In this document: positions 45,033 to 53,080 of the stretch, in pieces
How the letters are laid out: every line of letters starts with the position of its first letter
Numbering within the stretch: the stretch's first letter is position 1
NCBI GenBank assembly: GCA_035627955.1
Contig: DASPKU010000002.1
Location: 22,277 to 86,276 of the forward strand
Direction: 5' to 3'
Origin: Phycisphaerales bacterium
Lineage (GTDB): Bacteria > Planctomycetota > Phycisphaerae > Phycisphaerales > UBA1924
DNA length: 64,000 bases
Notes under the pieces: model-generated
Seen by the model: only the letters and a program-made list of their open reading frames with translations
Databases searched by the model: none
Told to the model about the DNA's origin: nothing
Position numbers and translations under genes: made by a program

Positions 45033-48000
45033 TCACCCGACCTCTTCACACCCGACCTCAACCTCCACCAGATCACCACACCCATCGCGCACGCTGCCGT
45101 CCGCTGCGATCACCCGCGTGCTCCACTGTTGCCGCTCGCGCACGTTCGGGGGCAGCGGCAGCGGCTCGATGCGCTCCCCGGGGATGGGGGCCGGCAACGG
45201 ATCGATCACCCCCGAGTCCGCGATCATGAGAGCGCGGGTGTAGAAGTCCTCGATCTGCTCGTACACCGCGTCCCGCCGCGTGATCCGCGGCACGACCCAG
45301 AGCGACGGCAGGCCTTCGACCATCCGGCGGTGCTCGATCAGGTGGGCGATGCCGTCGCGGACCCGGTCGAAGCCGTGCCGGCCCGTGAGAGCGGCATAGG
45401 TCATTGCGTCCTCGGCGAGCAGATCGATGCTGACGATGTCGACGCGTGCAGCAAGGACCTCGCGGGCCGCGCTGACGCCCTCGATCAGCGGCGTGCGCAG
45501 GTGCACGCCCACCGCCCCCGCGCCGCGGGCGACCTCCACCAGCCGCAGGGCGTCATCGAGTGAGTCGCCGTGATCCACAATGGTCACGCACGGCGTGCCG
45601 CCGGTGCGGCACAGCTGCTCCAGCAGCTCGTCGTTGCGCCCGCCAGCATGGACGGTGATGTGCTCGGGAGCGCCCCGCCAGCCGTGCAGCGCATCAGCGA
45701 CGGCCGCGCACCCCGCGCCCTGCACACGCCCGTACACGCGCCGGACCATCTCCAGCCGCTCGGGCGAATCCGGCACGCACCGCAGCAGCAGGTCGCGCAC
45801 CTTGGGCTCAACGCTCACGCACACGGGCTTGGCGATCGGGTCCATCTGCGGCGCATGCGGCAAGTAGCCGATCAGCCCGCCGATGCTCGCCAGCGGCGTG
45901 TTCGCCGCGCTCAGCTCCGCCAGCACCCGCCGCGACACCACGCACGCGCCCAGCCCCGGGGGCGCGTGCGCGAACGTGAGTTCGTGGGCCTCGGGCCGCT
46001 CCAGGTGCCGCTCGATCACACCATCAACCAGTGCCGGATCAACCAGCGACCACGCGGCCCCCACAAACGCCGCGCTCGCGAGCCCCCGCCGCTCCATCGC
46101 CGGCGCCGCCACCCGGGGCGACACCGCCTCGTCATAACACGAGAGGTTCGCCAGCCCACCCCGCCAGCAGTGCCGGGCCCACAGCCGCCCGACCCCCACG
46201 CCGCGCGTGCGATCGCGCAGCATTCCGCCGTCGATCGGCTCGAACTCCACGCGCAGCCCCGCCGGAGCCCGCCCCACCAGCTCGCGGGCGACCTCGACAT
46301 CCGGGCACAGCAGCAGCACGCCCGCGACCCGCCCGCACCGCGCCAACCGCGCGAGCGTCGCCTGCAGCAGGTTGACGCCGGGCGTCAGCTCCGCCCCAAG
46401 GTCCCGCGGCAGGCCGATGTTGCCAACATCGGTATCGACATGAGCGATCACCCAGAGGCGACCCTCACCTGCATTCAAAGTACGAGGCCGGCGCGCAAGC
46501 TCCGGACGATTCTCTTCGTTGCAATCAGATGTGCCGCGCGTTTCTTTCGAGGATTCCCGCGCACTCCCCGCCCATACCCCCCGCACCAGCTTCTCCGCCG
46601 CCTCCTCCAGCAGCCCGCCCACATACTCCGCCGCGTCCGCGAGCCACCGCACGTTCACAAGATCGCGCTCGATCTCCCGCTTCTGCTTCTCCATGGGCGA
46701 CAGCGTCGGGTCAATCTGAATCGCCCGGTCCGCACGGTACCGCTTGAACTGCCCCGTCTGGTTCACCCACTGCACGATGCCGAACGCCACCTCCGCCGCG
46801 GCCTCCTTCGCCATGCCGCTCACCCGCTCGATCAACCGGTTCACCCGCGCCTGATCCTGCTGGTGCTCGAGCATTTCCTCCAGCACCTCCCCCGCCTCCC
46901 GCCCCAGCGCCGCGATCCGCCCCGTGCTCTCCCGCAGCGAAGCAAGCCGCGAGCGCACAGCGTCCAGGCGTTTGGAAAGCGCACCGCCCTCCAGTCCCGC
47001 CGGCGTCCCGGGCACGCGCATCGGCTCCCGCGCGTGCGCCTCCAGCGCCTCGTGCAGCGTCATCACCCGCGTGTGCTGCTTCAGCACCCCGCCCTCGGTG
47101 GCATCGATCGTCGTCAGCCCCCGTGCCGCGTCGCTCATGAACTCGCGCTCGAACTGCACGAGGTACGTCGACATCTGCTCGTCGGTGTAGATCGGCCGCC
47201 CCTGCTGGTCCTGCACCTTCCGCAGCAGCGGCCGCATGCGGGCGATCCGCTGCCACTCCAGCATCTCCAGCGTGTTGAACTCGTTCAGCTCGCCCGACCA
47301 CACCTGGTGGATCGCCGCGCCCGGGGCGTAGTACTGCCCATCCGTGAACCCCAGGTCCTGCCCGATGAGCACGACAGGATCACACCCCATGTGCCGCGCC
47401 AGGTAGTACGCCAGGTGCGCCACCGTCGCCCCCGGCGGGATGTACCGGTCCTGGTGGCACCGGTCTCCCGACCGGTGCTCCTGCCCACCATCGACACCGG
47501 TCAGGAGACCGGTGCCACCAAGAATCCCGTCCAGCACCACGTCCCCCGCGCACCGCACCGCCCCCGGGAATGCCTCCAGGATCGCCCGGTTGCACTTGGG
47601 CTCCGCCACCAGGGTGACGCCCTCGACATCCGCGCCCATCAGCCCCTCATAGAACCGCCGCGAGATCTCGTGATAATCCAGCGCCGTCACAAAGTGCGGC
47701 CTGATCCCCTTGGCCAGCAGCGTCTTCAGCACCGTCTGCACCGCGATGATCACCACCCGATCCCGCACGCCCGGGCGCGCCAGCAGCTCGACATTCCGCC
47801 GAAGGCTCGGCCCCGCCGAAACCACCACCGCCGGCTTCCCCTTGCACGCGTCCTTCAGGTCCGCCACCCCCGGCACCGTCGCGTACCACGCAAGGTTCAG
47901 CAGCAGGTTCCGCAGCGTCTGGTCCACCTGCACCAGCGTCGTCATCACATTCGTCCGCACGGCCCGCATCACCGTCGTGAACGCCGCGCCAAACCGCTCG

Positions 48001-48533
48001 CCCGCGTCCCCGATCCGCGCCTTGCTCGCAGGGTGGTCCACCAGCGTCGTCCCCGCGGCCAGCACGGCCTCGATCCCGCTCGTCGCCGCGGCGATCGCCC
48101 CCGTGTCGTCCGCATCCGTCACCACCGCCACATTCGACACCGCCAGCCACGAGCAGTCCAGCCGCTCCAGCACCGCCCGCAGCAGCGCCACATCCGGCTC
48201 GAACACCACCACCGCCCCGTGACCCTTCAGCCGCTTCGCCAGCGCCGCAACATGATGCCCCAGCCCGAACCCGCGCACCACCACCGCCGCGCTCGCGCCG
48301 ATATCAATCGACTGCGCGAACTTCTCCGCCTCCGCCAGCGGCGCCCGCAAGCTCGCCAGCTGCCGCCCGTTCAGACTCCCCGTCACCCCTCCATCAGGCG
48401 CAACCAGCAGCCCCAGCCCCGCGCAAGGCCCAGCCGCGCGCACCGCCTCCACCGCCCGCGCCGACCGCCCCCGCAGCAGCCGCAGGTTCTTCTCCAGCCG
48501 CTCCCGGCTTGGCCCCGGCACCGCACTGTCCAT
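45033..48533 (-). CDS. Maf-family (DUF115 / MptE-like) putative nonulosonic-acid glycosyltransferase with a C-terminal extension of about 500 aa
   Basis: N-terminal LEKNLRLL. Core motif KPAVVVSAGPSLRRNVELL...VIIAVQTVLKTLLAKGIRPHFVTALDYHE...VLIGQDLGF. ATG chosen at 48531-48533 (an alternative lies at 48569). The extension shows nucleotidyltransferase-like and TIM-barrel-like segments; that assignment is my inference only. Confidence 0.75.
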   Translation of the reverse strand: MDSAVPGPSRERLEKNLRLLRGRSARAVEAVRAAGPCAGLGLLVAPDGGVTGSLNGRQLASLRAPLAEAEKFAQSIDIGASAAVVVRGFGLGHHVAALAKRLKGHGAVVVFEPDVALLRAVLERLDCSWLAVSNVAVVTDADDTGAIAAATSGIEAVLAAGTTLVDHPASKARIGDAGERFGAAFTTVMRAVRTNVMTTLVQVDQTLRNLLLNLAWYATVPGVADLKDACKGKPAVVVSAGPSLRRNVELLARPGVRDRVVIIAVQTVLKTLLAKGIRPHFVTALDYHEISRRFYEGLMGADVEGVTLVAEPKCNRAILEAFPGAVRCAGDVVLDGILGGTGLLTGVDGGQEHRSGDRCHQDRYIPPGATVAHLAYYLARHMGCDPVVLIGQDLGFTDGQYYAPGAAIHQVWSGELNEFNTLEMLEWQRIARMRPLLRKVQDQQGRPIYTDEQMSTYLVQFEREFMSDAARGLTTIDATEGGVLKQHTRVMTLHEALEAHAREPMRVPGTPAGLEGGALSKRLDAVRSRLASLRESTGRIAALGREAGEVLEEMLEHQQDQARVNRLIERVSGMAKEAAAEVAFGIVQWVNQTGQFKRYRADRAIQIDPTLSPMEKQKREIERDLVNVRWLADAAEYVGGLLEEAAEKLVRGVWAGSARESSKETRGTSDCNEENRPELARRPRTLNAGEGRLWVIAHVDTDVGNIGLPRDLGAELTPGVNLLQATLARLARCGRVAGVLLLCPDVEVARELVGRAPAGLRVEFEPIDGGMLRDRTRGVGVGRLWARHCWRGGLANLSCYDEAVSPRVAAPAMERRGLASAAFVGAAWSLVDPALVDGVIERHLERPEAHELTFAHAPPGLGACVVSRRVLAELSAANTPLASIGGLIGYLPHAPQMDPIAKPVCVSVEPKVRDLLLRCVPDSPERLEMVRRVYGRVQGAGCAAVADALHGWRGAPEHITVHAGGRNDELLEQLCRTGGTPCVTIVDHGDSLDDALRLVEVARGAGAVGVHLRTPLIEGVSAAREVLAARVDIVSIDLLAEDAMTYAALTGRHGFDRVRDGIAHLIEHRRMVEGLPSLWVVPRITRRDAVYEQIEDFYTRALMIADSGVIDPLPAPIPGERIEPLPLPPNVRERQQWSTRVIAADGSVRDGCGDLVEVEVGCEEVG

Positions 48534-48675
48534 CCTTCCCGCCAATCGCGCCTCCCCCTTGAACCTCATGAACCCCCACGCCCTTCGCGCGGTACAACTC
48601 CACGGCCAGCCCATGGCACAACCCGGGCGCACGGCGCCCCGCCTTGTGATCGGCCGTCCGCCAAAGGACACTGGA

Positions 48676-49377
48676 ATGATGCCAAACTCCCGCCCGCTGT
48701 CCCGCCTGCTACCCCCCGTGCTCGCCTGCACCCCACTGCTCCTCGCCGCGCCCGCCCTCGCCCAGGCCCGCCTTGACGCCGAGGCCCCCACGCCCCTCAA
48801 CCCGCCCAACCCGCTGATCCACTACACCCTCGAGAACCCCTGGCCACTCGCCATCCTTCTGATCGTCGTCGCCCTCATCCTCTACTTCTCTCTCAGCGCG
48901 CGCGACCCCAAGAAGGCCCGCCGCCTCGCCCCCATCCCCCTGCTGCTCGCCATCGCGTGCATCGGCGCGGGCTACGCCATCACCACCGCCCGCGAGCAGG
49001 TCCGCAACCTCACCAAGGCCCTCGTCACCAGCGTCGCCACCGGCGACGGCCCCGCCGTCGACCGCGCCCTCACCCCCTCCGCCCGTCTCTTCTCCCCCGC
49101 CACCCCCGCCGGCATGGACAAAGACCAGATCATCAACCGCGTGCAGACCATGCTCGGCCCCAACGGCGTCGTTCGCGTCGACGATCTCGCCGTGCTCGAA
49201 GCACAGGTGGACGCCTCCTCCAAGGACCGCGCGCTGGTGCAGGTCAAGGTCCGCGTCACCGCCCAGGGCACACCCGTCATCTCCTGGTGGCGCCTCGACG
49301 CCGTCCCCGCCGGCAACACCTGGCAGTTCTCCGGCATCAAGTTCATCTCCGCCAACTGGAACATCCCGGGCGTCTAG
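48676..49377 (+). CDS. hypothetical membrane-anchored protein
   Basis: ATG at 48676, a signal/TM segment (LLPPVLACTPLLLAAPALAQA) and two further TM helices. The C-terminal domain (about 120 aa) is of unknown family. Confidence 0.5.
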   Translation: MMPNSRPLSRLLPPVLACTPLLLAAPALAQARLDAEAPTPLNPPNPLIHYTLENPWPLAILLIVVALILYFSLSARDPKKARRLAPIPLLLAIACIGAGYAITTAREQVRNLTKALVTSVATGDGPAVDRALTPSARLFSPATPAGMDKDQIINRVQTMLGPNGVVRVDDLAVLEAQVDASSKDRALVQVKVRVTAQGTPVISWWRLDAVPAGNTWQFSGIKFISANWNIPGV

Positions 49378-49386
49378 AGACAGGTC

Positions 49387-49492
49387 TCTCGCGGAGACGC
49401 GGAGGCGCGGAGATAAGGCAGGATCAGATTCCCCGATCCTGCCTCTCGCTCGTCTTTCTGCCTTCCCTCCGCGTCCCCGCGTCTCCGCGAGA
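49387..49492. repeat. compound palindrome filling a convergent gap (26-nt outer arms of GCGGAG 8-mers plus an inner perfect 10-bp hairpin)
   Basis: tctcgcggagacgcggaggcgcggag (49387-49412) against ctccgcgtccccgcgtctccgcgaga (49467-49492). Inner hairpin aggcaggatc (49416-49425) / gatcctgcct (49435-49444). Confidence 0.8.
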
Positions 49493-49494
49493 AA

Positions 49495-50412
49495 TCACTC
49501 CGGGATCGGCACCAGGAAACTCGGCTGCGCGCTCGCCTTCGCCTGGTTCTTCACCTTCACCAGCAGCTGCGCCCCGTTCACCAGGTTGAACGGGTACTTC
49601 CGCCGCGCCTCGCTCAGCGCAAACGACTCCCGCCCCGGCTTGGTCACGTCGTGGTCCTTGGGCCCGAACACCCCCACCGTCACCATGCTCCCCCGTTGGC
49701 CGTGGTAGTAGAACGCCTCCTCACCCTCGCGCCGCAGGTTGTTCACGGCCTGTTCCGCGTTCTTCCTGAACTCCGCCAGCTCCTCCGGCTTGGGGTGGTT
49801 CACATTCAAACGCGTGTACATCGCGATCTGCAGCGTGTACAGCGCATCCTTCCCCCGCGCCTTCTTCACGCTGCTCAGGTTGTACTCGGGGATCGACCCC
49901 TCCAGCGCCTCAAACGGCGGCGGCACCATCACCGCACCCCGGAACGGCCGCTCCCCATCGACCTCGATCCCCTGGATTCGCTCCAGGTCCCGCCCCGCCT
50001 GCGGGTCATCCGGCCCCGAGTACCGCCCGTACGCCACCACCACGCTCTTGCCGCGCTGCTCGGTGTACGCCTGCGGCAGCCCCCCCACCGTCCGCACCTT
50101 CTGCAGCGCCGTCGCCGCCAGCTCATTCGCCTGCTCGCCGCTGGCCGCGACAATCACGATCGACCACGCCGCCTGCCGCGCCTCACCGCCCGGCGCCCTG
50201 GGCGCGCTGTTCATCACCTCCGGCGCTTCCTTCGCAAAGGGCTCGAACGCGAGCTTCGGCTGCTCCGCCGGGCGAGCCTCAGGCTTCGCCTGGTCCTTTG
50301 CCGCTCCACCGCCGCACGCCCCCAGCATCACCACCAGCGCGCACAGCGACGCCACGCCCCACGCCCGTGCAAACCTTGAAACTTTGAGGCACGAAAAAAA
50401 CCCTGCTCGCAT
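49495..50412 (-). CDS. lipoprotein with two SPOR-like repeats
   Basis: Lipobox VVMLGACGG. It has two segments with the SPOR-like pattern (WSIVIVAASGEQANELAATAL...VVVAYGRY; YTLQIAMYT...MVTVGVFG). Confidence 0.5.
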   Translation of the reverse strand: MRAGFFSCLKVSRFARAWGVASLCALVVMLGACGGGAAKDQAKPEARPAEQPKLAFEPFAKEAPEVMNSAPRAPGGEARQAAWSIVIVAASGEQANELAATALQKVRTVGGLPQAYTEQRGKSVVVAYGRYSGPDDPQAGRDLERIQGIEVDGERPFRGAVMVPPPFEALEGSIPEYNLSSVKKARGKDALYTLQIAMYTRLNVNHPKPEELAEFRKNAEQAVNNLRREGEEAFYYHGQRGSMVTVGVFGPKDHDVTKPGRESFALSEARRKYPFNLVNGAQLLVKVKNQAKASAQPSFLVPIPE

Positions 50413-50652
50413 GCTCGTAGGCCCCTCTCGTGTTATCACCATAAGTCCGCACGCCCGCGATTGTTGCACCCACTTTAGGCCCGCCGCCGTATTTTGCAGT
50501 GTTCGGTGACGCACCGGCCGATAGCTGTGTCGCTCATCCCGGGATCATGTGTGCCCGGTTGAGTTGAAGACGCGAGGATCGCGTTCTGAAGGATGGCCTG
50601 GGGGCCCCTGGACGACCGCCCACTGCGCCCTGACCAAGGAGCTTCGCGCTTC

Positions 50653-50928
50653 ATGTCCGAACTCGCACCCATCGGCCCCGGCCGCCTCGCCAGCATCAAC
50701 CCCGCCACCGCGGCCGCCGCCCGCGCCGCCTACCGCCCCGCCACCAGCGTCGAACGCGGCGATGACGAGGTCCACGTCTCCACCGCCGCCCACCTCATGG
50801 CCAAGCTCCGCGAGAACCCCATCCGCGAAGACCTCGTCGCCGAGGTCCGCGAGCAGATCCAGCAGGGCACCTACGAAACCCCCGAGAAACTCGACGCCGC
50901 CATTTCCGAACTAGAGGGTGACCTCTAA
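50653..50928 (+). CDS. flgM: anti-sigma-28 factor FlgM
   Basis: 91 aa. The C-terminal LVAEVREQIQQGTYETPEKLDAAISEL matches the FlgM signature (V..ik..I..G.Y.v....iA..l). AAGGAG lies about 12 nt upstream of the ATG. Confidence 0.7.
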   Translation: MSELAPIGPGRLASINPATAAAARAAYRPATSVERGDDEVHVSTAAHLMAKLRENPIREDLVAEVREQIQQGTYETPEKLDAAISELEGDL

Positions 50929-50948
50929 CCGATAGATCTCCATAGGGT

Positions 50949-50974
50949 GGCACGATCCGTCTTCGGGTCGTGCC
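50949..50974 (+). terminator. 11-bp hairpin 21 nt after the flgM stop
   Basis: ggcacgatccg-tctt-cgggtcgtgcc (one G-U pair). No U tract. Confidence 0.35.
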
Positions 50975-51019
50975 CCTCCAACAGCCAACCCAGCGGCAGA
51001 CAACCCAATCCACACAAAC

Positions 51020-51067
51020 CCCGAGGAGCGGGCCCCCCAAAGGCTCGACTCCTCGGTTCGGTTTTGA
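51020..51067 (+). terminator. hairpin with a T-rich tail (intrinsic-terminator-like)
   Basis: ccgaggag...ctcctcgg (8-bp stem, 20-nt partly paired loop), followed by ttcggttttgag. Confidence 0.35.
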
Positions 51068-51249
51068 GCACGCCTCCGCGCCGCGGCCGCGGCGCACGCC
51101 CTTAGCCGGGGCGTGGCGTCCTCGACACCCCCGGATCGCTCGTCGCCCACATCGTCTTCGCCCCAGCGGGGCGAGTGAAGGTTTCCAAGTGTGGCTCTGC
51201 ACCCCAGGGGGCAGCACCCGAGCATCCCGTTCCTACCCGTTCCCCCTCG

Positions 51250-51856
51250 CTACCGCTCCGAACGCGCCGGCTCCCTCCCCACGAGCGCCCTGCTGATCAC
51301 CGCGCCGGTGCCCCTCGCAGGCGACGCCGCGTACATCAGCGGGGTATTCCCCCAATAGTCCAACGCTTCGGGGTTGGCGCCATGCTCCAGCAGCAGCTCG
51401 GCGACCTCGGGCCGCTCATAGAGCGCGGCGTAATGAAGCGGCGTCTTGAGTTCTCCGGGTGCTGGCTGGCTGGGGTCCAGCCCCGCGTCCAGGAACACGC
51501 TGGTAAGTGGAGCCCCCCCGAAACCGCGTACGAGATCAGCTGCGGGTCGAGCTTCGCCCCGCCCTTCAGGAGTTCACGTGTCGCCTCCACGCCGCCGCGG
51601 CTCACCGCGAGCCAAAGCGGCGTTTGAGGCATGTCGAACTTCTCGAACAAGAGCATCGCCGGAACAATCCGCCTGTTCGGAATGGTCGCGACCGCGTTGG
51701 GATCATGCCCCGCGGCGAGAGCCGCCCTCACCCCGTCCGCATCGCACCGATGCGCCGCCTTGTGCAGATCCGTGGCATCGCCCCAGCCCGCGTTGTGCGG
51801 CCGGCGCAACCAACGAGGTGCACAAGGCAAACCACGAGAATCGCGATGATCCGCAT
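51250..51856 (-). pseudogene. ankyrin-repeat (lipo)protein gene disrupted by frameshift(s)
   Basis: The coding signal is spread over three frames. These are signal/lipobox MRIIAILVVCLVHLVGCAG (ATG 51854-51856), ankyrin repeats GDATDLHKAAHRCDADGVRAALAAGHDPN...TPLWLAVSRGGVEATRELLKGGAKLD, and ...LKTPLHYAALYERPEVAELLLEHGANPEALDYWGNTPLMYA. The second junction coincides with a C7/G7 run at 51513-51519. Confidence 0.55.
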
Positions 51857-52003
51857 CACCAACTCTAGCTCGGCGTGGGGCGAAGTGATCCTCTCGACGA
51901 CCTGCCACTGAGCAATGTCACTATTTGCGGCCAGGCTGGCGCGGCAAAGATGCTCAATCGCCGCGAGCGCAACCGCCGCACCGGCGTAACGCCAGTGACA
52001 CCC

Positions 52004-52108
52004 CCGCCGTGCTCCTGAGCACCGGAGGTGCGCCCAACCGGTAGCCCAGGGCGCGAGCCCTGTGTTCCGTTCGCGCAACGCATCCGAGCGCCGAAGGGGC
52101 GGCACTTC
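52004..52108 (+). repeat. 105-bp multi-hairpin repeat, copy 1 (direct repeat of 52904..53008)
   Basis: ...gcaccggaggtgc...cagggcgcgagccctg...cgttcgcg...; about 90% identical to copy 2, which lies exactly 900 bp downstream. Confidence 0.85.
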
Positions 52109-52185
52109 ATTCGGCACCATGCTGTGCCGTGCCGCTCAAGTGCATCCCACCTGATACATGCCCTGAATGCGACCGTCGTCGAACT

Positions 52186-52791
52186 CTACCGAACAAGTAT
52201 CGGAAGCTTGTTACCGCCCCGCGCCCTGCCGTACTGCGCCTGCGCCTCCTTGTCCTCGGACAGCGGCTTCGAATCCGCGGGCAGGCTGTGCCGAAGCGTC
52301 GCGAATGCACCCGCCCACACCCGCTCGAACTTCCGAGTTGAGTCCGCCGTGTCGATGCTCTCGAACGTGTCCTTCGCCATGTCCCCGCGCGTGTACTCCG
52401 TCATGACGCCGCCCTTGACAGCACCGATGGTCATACTGCCTGCATCCGGCGCGAGGCCGCGGTTCTGCGGGACGCCGGGATCAAAGAACCCGATGGTCTC
52501 CAGTTCGGCAACCAGCGCCCGCACCTTCGCCCCGTCAACACGCGCCGCCCGCTGTTTCCGGTCTGGTTGTTTCTGATCCTCCGGAAAGATAATGAGCCCG
52601 TCATCCCACGCGGCCAGCAACAGCCCGCTGTGCCCAGGCCCGTGACCGGCCTTCTGATAGATGTAGAACGCCACCTCGGGCTTCGACGTGCCCGCACGCT
52701 GTGTGCTCTCCTGCCTCCCGTGAGGCGCAACTCCCACAACACACGGAACCATCACCAACGCTGTGGCAAGGACGGCGCTGCAGATCCTCAT
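52186..52791 (-). CDS. secreted hypothetical protein
   Basis: Signal peptide MRICSAVLATALVMVPCVVG. 201 aa with visibly lower GC than its surroundings. No family recognised. Confidence 0.5.
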   Translation of the reverse strand: MRICSAVLATALVMVPCVVGVAPHGRQESTQRAGTSKPEVAFYIYQKAGHGPGHSGLLLAAWDDGLIIFPEDQKQPDRKQRAARVDGAKVRALVAELETIGFFDPGVPQNRGLAPDAGSMTIGAVKGGVMTEYTRGDMAKDTFESIDTADSTRKFERVWAGAFATLRHSLPADSKPLSEDKEAQAQYGRARGGNKLPILVR

Positions 52792-52903
52792 GGCGGCCTC
52801 CCTTTCTCAGTCTATCGACGCCCAAACGTCGCGCCTGTAACTACCGCGCGCATTGCCGGCCTTCACGGTGATGCGTCGACCGCGTTCGGGCCCGCGGTCG
52901 CTC

Positions 52904-53008
52904 CCGCCGCGCTCCTCAGCACCCGAGGTGCGCCCAGCCGGTAGCCCAGGGCGCGAGCCCTGGGTTGCGTTCGCGCAACGCATCCGAGCCCCCGAGGGGC
53001 GGCACTCC
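52904..53008 (+). repeat. 105-bp multi-hairpin repeat, copy 2
   Basis: gcacccgaggtgc, ccagggcgcgagccctgg, gttgcg-ttcg-cgcaac, gcccccgaggggc. Confidence 0.85.
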
Positions 53009-53080
53009 GTGGCGCTCGATTGTCGCAGTTCTTTACGAACGCGCGCCTTCCGCACCATCGCTCGTTTTCCGGTGTTGTGC

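Noticed and set aside
48534-48675. Sigma-28 promoter for the maf operon (GCCGATCA on the minus strand at 48645-48652)
   Set aside because: It matches the -10 consensus at only 6 of 8 positions and has no TAAA-like -35 at the right spacing. That is too weak to call.
45570-48776. 1068-aa ORF on the plus strand
   Set aside because: It is antisense to the Maf-family gene. The translation is Arg/Pro/His-dominated with no domain signature.
50929-51249. Small ORFs or an sRNA in the 320-bp gap after flgM (for example 50911..51225-)
   Set aside because: The ORFs have no coding-like composition. The region is explained by two terminator-like hairpins and GC palindromes (gcgccgcggccgcggcgc). There is no evidence for a discrete RNA gene from sequence alone.
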